A stretch of 64,000 nt of DNA, from assembly GCA_965198065.1 (NCBI GenBank), contig CBDAON010000003.1, positions 32,001 through 96,000 of the forward strand. The letters are read 5' to 3'. Within the stretch, counting starts at the first letter, position 1. Every line of letters begins with the position of its first letter. The notes under the pieces are model-generated. The model made no database searches. It was given only the letters and a program-made list of their open reading frames with translations, and was not told the DNA's origin. This DNA comes from Longimicrobiales bacterium. Its GTDB lineage: Bacteria > Gemmatimonadota > Gemmatimonadetes > Longimicrobiales > Gaopeijiaceae. This document shows, in pieces, positions 23,322 through 32,533 of the stretch. The position numbers and the translations under genes are program-made.

Positions 23322-24488
23322 TTAATTACCCCAAGCAGATGCAAACCTGTCGACTTCTGCCGCCTCGACCCTGTTCTGTACCACATGTGCGAGGGCCGCT
23401 TCGATGACCTCGCGGGGATGATCCGTTTCCTCGGCCGCCCAGTCCCGGAAACTGGACCTGAAACCGTGTGGAACGGCCGCGATCCCATGCTTCCGGAACA
23501 TCCGGCGCAGTTGCTTCTCCTCGAGCTGCTTACCGACTCGATTGGGAAACAGATACGGACTGGTTCCCTTCACCAGCGTCCGTGCCCCGTCCAGAATCTC
23601 CAGTGCACGACCACACAGCGGGACCCGGTGCTCGCGGTTCGCCTTCGTCCGCCTGGCCGGGACAGTCCACACACCCTCGTCCCGATCAATCTCGGTCCAC
23701 TCCGCCCACCGCACCTCACCCCATCGTGCCGCCGTCAGCACCAGGAACTCGAACGCCAGCCGGACGGCCAGCGGCACCGTTGATGCCCGCGCGGTCTGGA
23801 TGGCCGCGGCCACCTCTCGATGCGGCAGCGCCCGCATGTGCTGCACGACGTCACGCTGGGGACCCAGGACCGGGTCGATCCGGTTACAGGGGTTGTCGAT
23901 CCGGAACTCCATCGCCACCGCCCACTCCAACACCGCGCGGATGCGCTGCCGCAACCGCCGGGCGGTGTCCGCCTTCGTGTGCCAGATGGGAGCGAGGATC
24001 TCCAGCACGTCGGCGCTAGTGACCTCCGAGACCGGCATCTTCCCGATGCGCGGGAAGGCGTACCGCTCGAAGGTCAAGATCCACTCGCGGCCGTGCACCC
24101 GACTTCGCCAGCCGGCTTGCTTCTGTTCTACTACACGCGCGGTGGCTTCGGCGAAGCTCGGTACGCCCTGCCTACGACGCTTCTCGGCAAGCGGGTCGCC
24201 GCCCTAGCGGGCCAGCTTACGGTTGGCCAGCGCCTTTTCCCGGGCCTCGGCGAGGGAGACCAGCGCGACGCTGCCGAGCCCGAGCTCGCGGCGCCGACCC
24301 CGGATGACCAGGCGCTGAATCCAGCTTCGGGTTCCGCTTGGCTGGACGAAGAGGTACAAACCGTTGCCGTCCGCGTGTCTTCCAGGCGGGGCAGTGCGCA
24401 CGAAGGCGGCCGACAGGGCCTTGTCTGGATGGCGGCCCTTGGGCTTGGTTTTCCGCGGCGGAGTGGCCTTGTTCGTTACAGTAACCAT
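23322..24488 (-). pseudogene. P4-like integrase (arm-binding domain) with an in-frame TAG at 24204-24206 and a truncated C-terminus
   Basis: HADGNGLYLFV...LGLG...SLAEARE; TAARWGE, HGFRSSFRDW, EAALAH; both ORFs lie in the same frame. Confidence 0.88.
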
Positions 24489-24636
24489 CCCCGCATAATA
24501 TAGGGGATGGAGGCGGATATCAATGGATGTTGTGAGCGGAGTGCGTTGCTAGTCTATGCTCGTAACTTACTGTTATAAAAGTCAGTTATGGACTTAACTG
24601 CGAACTGTGTACTTGACGCAAATACGGATACCTTGA

Positions 24637-25056
24637 ATGGGTGACAGACCGGCGCATCCACAGGTTTGGGCAAGAGTGAACGCCCATGTAGATGAAGGTG
24701 TGGCGGATCTCATATCCGCCCTCTCAAGATTCAAGGGCCTACGTACCCTCGAAAGCTGTCAGGGTGAGCCAGACGGTGCGGCCTGGGCATGCTTCGTGGT
24801 GGGAGCAAACGTGGGGTGGAGGCCGCTAGCGGATCTCGTGTTGGGTTACCTGGGACCGGCTTTGGCCTCAGACCTTGGAGACATGGTGGACCTTTCGATT
24901 CACGCTACGGAAGCGGGCGGGGCGCAGGGAGAACTCACGGTGCGCTCGGAAGCGATGAGCGACACCGTGAGCCTCCTGCTCACACTATCGGCTGATTGGC
25001 AGCCTAGAGCGGCTTACCAAACGTGCGAGTGTTCTTGTGACACGTCTTACACATAG
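24637..25056 (+). CDS. Hypothetical cargo protein
   Basis: 139-aa ORF with VDEGVADLISAL...TLESCQG motif, just inside the left TIR. Confidence 0.65.
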   Translation: MGDRPAHPQVWARVNAHVDEGVADLISALSRFKGLRTLESCQGEPDGAAWACFVVGANVGWRPLADLVLGYLGPALASDLGDMVDLSIHATEAGGAQGELTVRSEAMSDTVSLLLTLSADWQPRAAYQTCECSCDTSYT

Positions 25057-25234
25057 CCAACAGGTTTCCGAGGCCGTCACCGCCACCGCGGGTGCGGTGG
25101 TGGGCATGCCAGTCGGAACCGTGCAACCCGTGCTTGCAACGACCAGTGTGGTGCGAGCACACCGACATGGTGCACTCGCAACGTCCGCCTGCACGAATAA
25201 AGAGAAGGCGTCGAGTATCATTGGAAACAGCCAT
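25004..25234 (-). CDS. Small HNH endonuclease-like protein
   Basis: RAGGRCEC...HAHH...GGGDGLGNLLAMCKTCH; GAGG RBS before MAVSND. Confidence 0.8.
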   Translation of the reverse strand: MAVSNDTRRLLFIRAGGRCECTMSVCSHHTGRCKHGLHGSDWHAHHRTRGGGDGLGNLLAMCKTCHKNTRTFGKPL

Positions 25235-25405
25235 TGTAATGCGTCCTCGATTTGGAAAATGAATGTGAATGAAAGCACGTTTCAAAACGCCTTCTTAAAC
25301 GACGTTTTAAACGACGCATTAAATGGCGTTTTAAGAGCACTTTCTTTTCGTGATTCTTTTCCTCGACGCAATTACACGATATACTTTATCTGTAAATGCG
25401 TGAGG

Positions 25406-25508
25406 TGCGGACGGCCGGAGTCGAACCGACACGGGGCGTCAAGGGTCCGAGAGAACCCGCCCCACCAGCTTCCAAAGCCAGCGTGTTTACCAGTTTCGCC
25501 ACGTCCGC
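25406..25508 (-). tRNA. Atypical tRNA-like gene: Leu-type body, UGG (Pro) anticodon, extended variable arm
   Basis: GCGGACG/CGTCCGC-A acceptor; D-arm GCGAAACTGGTAAACAC; CTGGC-TTTGGAA-GCTGG anticodon arm; GTCGG-TTCGACT-CCGGC T-arm; 103 nt. Confidence 0.85.
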
Positions 25509-25570
25509 CAAACGCCTGGGGGCAGCCTTACGGCCACCCCCAGGAAGACCCCGGTTACGGGGTTAGGATT

Positions 25571-25582
25571 TTATGGCGGCAT
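25571..25582 (-). other. Minigene Met-Pro-Pro-stop with a strong Shine-Dalgarno
   Basis: GAAAGGAG-ATCACC-ATG CCG CCA TAA, followed by two stem-loops. Confidence 0.65.
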
Positions 25583-25662
25583 GGTGATCTCCTTTCTGGC
25601 GTGTCAGCGCCGGTTAGGGTGAGTGGTGCGCCCCCATCGTCGGAAACGGCGGTGGGGGTCTG

Positions 25663-26127
25663 CTATTCTAGTCCACCGATCTCCTCTTGCTGTGCACCTC
25701 CCGGCCTCGTCCATTCTCGGAGACCGTATTCGCCGGTATCAACCCGAATGAACTGGCCACCCTCCTTGTGTGATCGTCGGAGCATAGCGCCGAGGCTGTT
25801 GGCTAACTTCCTTCGGCCTTTCGCATACGGAAGTCCACGCTTCAGTAATGCGTCGGCGATATCTCGTGGTTGCATCGGTTGGCGGACCTCAAGCAAGCAG
25901 GACTCAGCAACCCCCTGTAGGGTAAGGCGGGGATTACTGTACCGACCGCCGTTAATAGACGGGGGTGCCTCGGACGCCTCCTCGGTTATGGTAGCCGGTG
26001 CTTGCGCTTCGGGTTCGCTCAGGTACTCGAACAGTATCTCTCGCGTGTTGCGGAGCTTGCGGGCGCGAGCTTCGTGGAATTGGATATCGCGATCAAGTCG
26101 CTGGATTAGGTCCATGTCGCTGGGCAT
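25663..26127 (-). CDS. Winged-helix (HARE-HTH-like) DNA-binding protein with an N-terminal coiled coil
   Basis: LEVRQPMQPRDIADALLKRG...FIRVDTGEYGLREW. Confidence 0.7.
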   Translation of the reverse strand: MPSDMDLIQRLDRDIQFHEARARKLRNTREILFEYLSEPEAQAPATITEEASEAPPSINGGRYSNPRLTLQGVAESCLLEVRQPMQPRDIADALLKRGLPYAKGRRKLANSLGAMLRRSHKEGGQFIRVDTGEYGLREWTRPGGAQQEEIGGLE

Positions 26128-26269
26128 GTTCGCATCCTACCCTAAAGGGGTTAATGTGACCGAAGTTAACGGCAGCGTGCGATCTTTGCTAGGGTGTAGT
26201 GAGGACAACGCGACGACAGGCCGATCTTGCTTGTGGAATCAGTGTTAATCGTATTATAGGAGGACCCAT

Positions 26270-26461
26270 ATGGAGGCCGAAGAAAAGCCGACACCGGACA
26301 ATAAGAAAACCGGTCCTGACGCAGATCGCGTGAAGCTCGAAGGAGACTGGGAGGATGCGGTGAAGAAGGCCCTGAAAAAGAAAAAGCCCCCCGAGGGCTG
26401 GCCGCAGGAGGACGAGCAGAGCGGGGAGTCTGTCAGTGATTCAGGATCGGACAGAGACTGA
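26270..26461 (+). CDS. Small charged hypothetical protein
   Basis: AGGAGG RBS; RVKLEGDWEDAVKKALKKKKPPEGWP. Confidence 0.65.
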   Translation: MEAEEKPTPDNKKTGPDADRVKLEGDWEDAVKKALKKKKPPEGWPQEDEQSGESVSDSGSDRD

Positions 26462-27265
26462 GTGCCAGCCACCTATCGAATGCGTGTGTGCCCTTACCAC
26501 TGGCCCGAGTTGCTGGTCGAAGCGCTTAAACCGGGGGTTGTTCATGCGCCTGTACCAGTAGATCGCTGCGATGGTTCTGCCGATACCGTCTGCCGCTTGA
26601 ACCCCATGATACCACTCCGACGGTACGAGGAGGGGGATCTCTGTAACGCGAGCGTCGGCTGTCCGAAAAACAGGGTCCGAGTAAATAAGACTCTGAGCGG
26701 ACGCAAGAACGCGCGTATTCTGAGTCTCGGTGCGGCGGTCCATTATCACCACCCCCCGGCCCACACGCGATCCTGCTTTGTCGTTAAGATATTTTTCAAA
26801 CCTACGCAGTGTACTTTGCATGAGGCTGGTATAAAGCCCGGAGTAGGAGTGGTTCGCACGAGTAGAGTCTTTCTTGACTCCGTTTGCAAAAACGGCGCCA
26901 CCGCACGAACCAACCAACCCGAGCACCTGAGATATAAAGCGGATGTCGCGTCGCGTTCTGAGCGTCTTCGCTTCAAAGCGTTCCGGGCGGATACCGTGCA
27001 AGGTCTTGGCGCGAGATATTTCCCTGCTATAGAAACGACACTTCAAGCGGAAATAGGACCGGTCGAAGTCACGCCACCGTTCGCCAGGAATGACAAATCC
27101 CGCAAAACCGAAAAGCGGGTGGTGCTGGTGTCGCGGATCGGTGGGATCATAGGGGCCTGGATGACCGAATTCATCGAGGTAGAGAAGGTACATGGAGGCA
27201 TGCCCCGGTACAAAATACACAGAGCCCGCGCCGAAGCGCGAGCCCTGGGGAACTGCTTGACCCAA
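26441..27265 (-). CDS. DUF3800-family protein (probable start MYLLYLDE at ~27193)
   Basis: YLDEFG N-terminal motif and GVQAAD C-terminal motif. Confidence 0.85.
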   Translation of the reverse strand: MGQAVPQGSRFGAGSVYFVPGHASMYLLYLDEFGHPGPYDPTDPRHQHHPLFGFAGFVIPGERWRDFDRSYFRLKCRFYSREISRAKTLHGIRPERFEAKTLRTRRDIRFISQVLGLVGSCGGAVFANGVKKDSTRANHSYSGLYTSLMQSTLRRFEKYLNDKAGSRVGRGVVIMDRRTETQNTRVLASAQSLIYSDPVFRTADARVTEIPLLVPSEWYHGVQAADGIGRTIAAIYWYRRMNNPRFKRFDQQLGPVVRAHTHSIGGWHSVSVRS

Positions 27266-27384
27266 GCATCCGGAGACACAAGGGCTGGCAGTATTACAAC
27301 AGATTGCTATACACAGTATAGCCTGTCAAGGATCCCCTTTGAAGGACTCCTGGGTACTCCTGGGTACTCTGGGGGGAACTTGGT

Positions 27385-28365
27385 TCATGGATGACGATAC
27401 ATGAGCCGCTTCCCCTCGGAGCCCCGGATAGCGGTCTTGATCCTTTCTCCGTCGTCAATCTTGCGAGTATTCCACCGAAACTCGAACTCGGACACGTAAC
27501 GGTGCAGATGCTCTTTGCTGACGTGGTGGAAGGTCCCCATGACGCCCCTCTTGAGAAGGGCAAAGAACCCCTCAACGGTGTTCGTTGTGGCGAGCACGTC
27601 CCCGTCCATGCGTGCATACTCGTTCTGCGAGTGACGAACCGTGTGATGCCCGTTGGCAAACTCGCGTCCCACTGGTATGTAATGCCTGGCTTCGTCAGTA
27701 TGGAGCCGAGCCGCTTCTGGGTCCACGTTCTCCCGAAGGTTGCTAGCGAGGTTCGCAGAGGTCACGTTCGTTACGACCTTGGCGCGCGCCTCTCCGTCCC
27801 GCTCGACGATGGCAATGACGGGCGTCTTGTTGTCCATACGGCGAAACCCACGCGGACGACGCTTCCCGCGCACCGAGCGGGGGCGGATTTTTCCACCGAC
27901 GAAAGCTTCATCCGCCTCGACATCGCCAGTAAGTGGACCGCCCGTGTTGGCTGCACCATTCATCGCGTATCGGACCCGGTGCATGAGGAACAAGGCGCTC
28001 TTGTACGTGAGGCCGGTTTGCCGTTTGATCTGCAAAGCGGACACGCCCTTCTTGCTGGAGCACGCCGCCCAAAACGCAAAGCACCAATGCCGCATGGGAA
28101 TCCGGCTGTCCTCCATGATGGTTCCGATGCGGACCGTGAACTGACGGGCGCACCCACGGCACCGCCAGAGGTACCGGGCGTTCCGCTCACCGGTATTCCG
28201 ATCCTTCATCATGTAGACATCGACATCGCCACAACGGGGGCACGACGGCTCCCCCTCCCAGCGCATGTCTTCGAGGAATTCGACCGCTGTGTCTTCGTCG
28301 GCACAGGCCATTGGGATGGCCCCGACGATGTCCGATTTATCGCCCGCGATCTTCGACATTTTCAC
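27385..28365 (-). CDS. IS1595-family transposase
   Basis: Zn ribbon CPRCG...CRGC, KGVSALQIKR, VEADEAFVGG, LHTDE, TNTVEGFF, YVSEFEFRWN. Confidence 0.95.
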   Translation of the reverse strand: MKMSKIAGDKSDIVGAIPMACADEDTAVEFLEDMRWEGEPSCPRCGDVDVYMMKDRNTGERNARYLWRCRGCARQFTVRIGTIMEDSRIPMRHWCFAFWAACSSKKGVSALQIKRQTGLTYKSALFLMHRVRYAMNGAANTGGPLTGDVEADEAFVGGKIRPRSVRGKRRPRGFRRMDNKTPVIAIVERDGEARAKVVTNVTSANLASNLRENVDPEAARLHTDEARHYIPVGREFANGHHTVRHSQNEYARMDGDVLATTNTVEGFFALLKRGVMGTFHHVSKEHLHRYVSEFEFRWNTRKIDDGERIKTAIRGSEGKRLMYRHP

Positions 28366-28487
28366 TCACCTTTGGAGGCTTGAATTCACACTCTAAAGAT
28401 AAGGGATGTACGTGTTTGCGTCAAGTATCTAGTTCCGACTTAACTGGACGATACTGTACACCGGTCCAGATAGTCTGCCCATTCCTG

Positions 28488-28943
28488 GGTCGTGCGTGGC
28501 TGCCCGAGCACCCGGCACGCTCTCCTCTCCGACGCCCCGAGCTGCTGACGTACACGCACCACACAACGTCGTCGGCCCTCGGGGCTCAGAAGTTTCCCTT
28601 GGCCGCTTCCTCCACGATCAGCTTGTCCAGTGTCAAGTCCGCCACTGCTCGCTTCAGGCGCCCGTTCTCGCGCTCGAGCTCCTTCAGGCGCCGTGCCTGG
28701 CTCACCTTCATCCCGCCGTACTCCCGCCTCCACCGGTAGTACGTCTGCTCGGTGATGCCGAGCTCCCCCCTGATCAGCTTCACGGATTTGCCGCCGGCCA
28801 GACCGACCTCTGCCTCCCGCACTGCAGTGATGATCTGCTCCGGAGTGTGTCGCTTCCTTCCCATCCTGACCTCCTCGCTGAAAAGCTTCGGACCAGGTCG
28901 ATCCTAACATTGCACCTGGTCTCGTTTCAGCGGGTCAGGTCAG
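28488..28943 (-). mobile_element. IS3-family left-end fragment (orfA 28586-28864 and start of orfB)
   Basis: MGRKRHTPEQII...TYYRWRREYGG...AAKGNF; IRL TGACCTGACCCGCTGAAACGAGACCA. Confidence 0.9.
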
Positions 28944-29203
28944 GTTCGTTAATTGATACGGTCACCTTGCCCGTCCGGCCGTGATACGTAAGCAGCCGGT
29001 TTGGCTCACGAATGCCGGCGACACTAAGCATGAAGTCGGTGACGGCTAGGGAAGCGACGACGCCGTTGGCATGCATCGGCACGCAAGATTGGAGGGATTC
29101 GCCGAGTCACGGCCCGCGCGTGCGACACGTCGACTCCGCCGCGCACGGAGGCTGAACCCGAAGCCGATATACGGGGGACATCAAGATTCCCGTAGACCGG
29201 GGC

Positions 29204-29917
29204 TCAGATCTTGCGTCCTACCAGGAGAGTGTGTGGGCGATCCTGCCAGATACAGTCAGCCTGGAATTTGGCTTCGCGCATGGCCGCGAGTTCGTCGTCG
29301 ACTGAAAAGTAGGTGTCCTCCGCCGACCACGCGGCGAAGTGCTCATAGGCGCGCTGTTCGTCAATGCCGCACGACACCAGGTGGGCGGCCCATCGACGGT
29401 ACGACTGCTCGCGCGCCCCCGCCGGGTGTGCGCTGATGGCCACGTCGGTGTTCACGAAGACGCCACCGGGGCGGAGCACCCGGTAAATGCGTGTATAAAG
29501 CGTGAGTTTGCGTGCCATGGTGGGAACGTGGTGCAGAGCCAGGGCCGTAGCCACGGCGTCACACGTGGAGAGTGGCGCCTCGAACGACCGCCGGCGGACA
29601 CGAGCGCGGGTCCCAAATCGCTTGAGCCGAAGGCGCGCCTGGGCCAGCATCTCAGGATCGATGTCGATGGCTTCAACGGCACCGACGCGTTCATGGTCCA
29701 GCATCGCTTCAGCCAAGGCGCCCGTTCCCGCGCCGAGGTCAAGCACCAGGGTTGGGCGAACACCAGCGATTTCGTTGGCAGCCCTCGCCAAGCCTTCTTC
29801 GTAGCCTGGGATGAACGTGCGGATGGTCTCGTCGTAGGCATCAATCTCAAGGCGAAGATGATGGCGGACAGAGTGGCTCATCAGCTGATCGTAGGTCAAT
29901 GGTTCATAGACGCTCAC
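29204..29917 (-). CDS. Class I SAM-dependent methyltransferase
   Basis: VLDLGAGTG, ALALHH, LRPGGVFVN. Confidence 0.9.
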   Translation of the reverse strand: MSVYEPLTYDQLMSHSVRHHLRLEIDAYDETIRTFIPGYEEGLARAANEIAGVRPTLVLDLGAGTGALAEAMLDHERVGAVEAIDIDPEMLAQARLRLKRFGTRARVRRRSFEAPLSTCDAVATALALHHVPTMARKLTLYTRIYRVLRPGGVFVNTDVAISAHPAGAREQSYRRWAAHLVSCGIDEQRAYEHFAAWSAEDTYFSVDDELAAMREAKFQADCIWQDRPHTLLVGRKI

Positions 29918-30464
29918 GTGCGGAGCTTCGACAGCGGTTACGTTACGCAGTCACCACAGCATCATGAAAAACGCACTAGACGTGGCCATGCGAAAGGCCT
30001 GAGCGCCTCTCCCCCAGAATCGTCGATTCTTGGCCCCGGCGGGGGGCCGACGTTGCACTCCGGCCATCCCGCCTTTGGGGTCGCTCAGGATCAATGGTTC
30101 CCTCCGTGAAGGGGTAAAACCTTAGTCGGAAAAATGATCGATAAGTCCCGTTTATCGCGCAGGATACGTCCCCCACCTCCTCACCCCACCGTCCAGCCAT
30201 GAGGCCACGCGGGCGTCTCTAGGAGCCCCCGAAGAGTTCTGAGGACACGCGAAGCGGTCCGCCGAACCCAGCGGTTTCTGGCCCCCCACGATCCATCCGT
30301 CGCCTCGCGTCCTCAAGCAATGCTCGCCTACAATCCAAAGAATATGACCGAAGACGAACGAGAACACCTGCTCAGCACAGCTTGGACCCGCTGGTGGAGT
30401 TGCCGCTCGGACGGACATCTCCTAACTCTTTGTATATCAGGTGTTCTTGGGCTTTTATGGAGCG

Positions 30465-30821
30465 CTACAGAACGTCAATAGATGCGTCGATCTCACCGAA
30501 CACGCCGTGCGCAATGAGTTCTCTCGTGTTGGCGACCGCAGCTTCAGGTTCGTAGCCGTCGTCGCGCACCAGAAGCCGGAGGGAGCGACCGTGCACGCCA
30601 CCCTGCTGGTTGGCTTCCTCGAAGGCCGCGCGGATGCCCAGGTTCATGTCCCGGCCCAGTTGGCCCGCGGGACCGTTCAGCGCAGCCGACTGGCCGAAGA
30701 CGATGGAATCCGGGAATACGCCCTCCCCGCCGGATCCCCCTTCCTGGGCGCGGCCGCCACCCGCCGGCAGGATGCCGCCGGCCACGGCCAATGCGCCAAG
30801 GGCGAAGCGGTAGCGGCCCAT
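30465..30821 (-). pseudogene. Truncated ABC/periplasmic substrate-binding protein (Leu-binding-like)
   Basis: Signal peptide, IVFGQSAALNGP...GGVHGR...DDGYEP; ends abruptly. Confidence 0.8.
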
Positions 30822-31932
30822 CACGGCGAATTTCCCAGGTACCGGATGGTCAGGCAGGTGATATCGTCGGACTAGGGTGCTTCGCCCGCGTGTTCCTGCA
30901 CCGCCTTGACCACATGGTGGTTGATCGCCTCCGCGCTCGACCCCGCGCACTCCGCCAGGACCCCGTCCAACTTTTCCTCTCCGAATTCGACGCTGTTTTC
31001 GTCCATTGCTTCCGTGACGCCGTCCGTGTAGAGGAAGATGGCGTCACCCGGATCCAAGTGTACGGATCCGCTCGGGAAGTCGAACGACGGCACGACCCCC
31101 AGAACCAGTCCCGAATCGCAAACGAGCTGCTGAACCTCGCCGGAAGCCTTGACCACGAAGGGAAGATTGTGCCCGGCGTTCGCATAGATGGCTTGCCCGG
31201 TTGCGGGGTCGAACTTGGCGTAGAACACCGTGACGAACATCGCCTCCTTGTTCTCCTCTCCGAGGAGCCGATTGACCTCCTCGAGGCACTTCGCGGGGTC
31301 GCTCTCCCCAATGGCGGTCCCCTTCAAGAGTGTCCGGCTTACCAGCATGAAGAAGGCGGCCGGCACACCTTTACCGGATACGTCCGCCACCACGACCCCC
31401 TTCCGTCCGTCCTCAAGTTGGAAGAAATCGTAGAAGTCACCGCCGACATATCGAGGGCCGGAGTCATCCGGTCCTGCATCCGGGCTGCCACCCCGAGCTC
31501 CTTGCGTAGGGCCACGAGTTCGTCTCTCGACCGAAGCGCATCCCTCATCACCCGCAGGTGTTCGAGGGTCTTCGCGATCGTGGTGTCCAGATCGTCGAAA
31601 TCGATCGGCTTGGTCACAAAGTCGAACGCGCCACGGTTCATGGCGGTCCGAATGTTCTTCATGTCCCCGTACGCCGTGACGATGACCGCACGCAAATCGT
31701 AGTTCAGCTGGTTCAACTGCCCGAGGAGGGTCAGTCCGTCCATCTCGGGCATGTTGATGTCCGAGAGCACCATGTCCACGTCAGAGTGGGTCCCGAGCTG
31801 CTCCAGGGCCTGAACTCCATTCTGGGCGAAGACCAGATCGAACTCGCCGGAGCGGACCCGGCGGCGGAATTTCTGTCGGAGTAGCAGCTCCAGATCAGGC
31901 TCGTCGTCTACTACGATAATCTTCGGCATCAT
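30821..31932 (-). pseudogene. Response regulator-PP2C/SpoIIE (RsbU-like) phosphatase with an internal deletion/frameshift and an in-frame TAG at 30872
   Basis: Receiver VVDDE...SDINMP...KP; GGDFYDF, VADVSGKG, YTDGVTEA, (TAG)SDDIT. Confidence 0.85.
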
Positions 31933-32198
31933 GGACCCGGCTGAGGTGAATCGTGTCATCGAGAGAGTACGTCGGGCAAAACGGAATCTGGGGAAGAACC
32001 CTGCCTCCGTCTCTGGGGTGGTGGTGCATGCCCCCCTGTCTTCCAGTCAGTCGATTCGTCACCCGTGGTTTTGATTCTCGTCGCGAGGCGGTCGGGAGCG
32101 CTAAGTTGCGCGAAATCTTCACAAACCAGGCCTGGCCGCGCAATGTTGTTTGAAGCTTCGGGTGTCCCTGGTTTTCGGCCTGGAAAAAGAGCGAAAAA

Positions 32199-32450
32199 GT
32201 GGTGGTCAGACTACGGATAGCCGTGAAGTTGGACCTGGGCGAACCCCGCCGGGTGACCCAGGAACTCGAACGCTTTGGCGTCGAGCACGGATTTGCTCAG
32301 GATCTCAGCTTCCGTCTCCAATTGTGCATGGACGAATTGCTGATCAACATCATCTCCTATGGATACGAGGGCATCGCCGCCGATCCGATCATCACGGTGA
32401 ACCTCCAGCTCGACGATTCTAAAATCAGAATCCTAATTCGGGACAATGCG
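32199..32450 (+). pseudogene. Anti-sigma kinase (RsbW-like HATPase), N-terminal fragment
   Basis: LQLCMDELLINIISYGY...ILIRDNA, then truncated. Confidence 0.8.
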
Positions 32451-32533
32451 GGCGGTGGTCGAGGCGGATCACCTGCCGGGCTACTCCATAAGCTCAGGAC
32501 CTTCTTCCGGTTTAGGAAGAGACCAGCATATCC

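Larger units (their letters stand above)
24601..28436 (-). mobile_element. Complete IS1595-family transposon with cargo (~3.8 kb)
   Basis: Imperfect TIRs GAACTGTGTACTTGACGCAAATACG (24602-24626) and CGTGTTTGCGTCAAGTATCTAGTTC (28411-28435); flanking direct repeat GACTTAACTG (24591-24600, 28437-28446). Confidence 0.9.

Noticed and set aside
25406..25600. tmRNA or permuted tmRNA
   Set aside because: A full anticodon arm is present, there is no G3:U70 Ala determinant, and the mini-ORF has its own SD and ATG.
25631..25658. Hairpin CCCCCATCGTCG-GAAA-CGGCGGTGGGGG as a terminator of the winged-helix gene
   Set aside because: It pairs fully only on the plus strand and lacks a U-tract, so it is not called as a terminator; an antisense role remains untested.
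25037..26248. 403-aa plus-strand ORF
   Set aside because: It is antisense to the HNH, tRNA-like and winged-helix genes, has no recognisable motifs and is probably a shadow frame.
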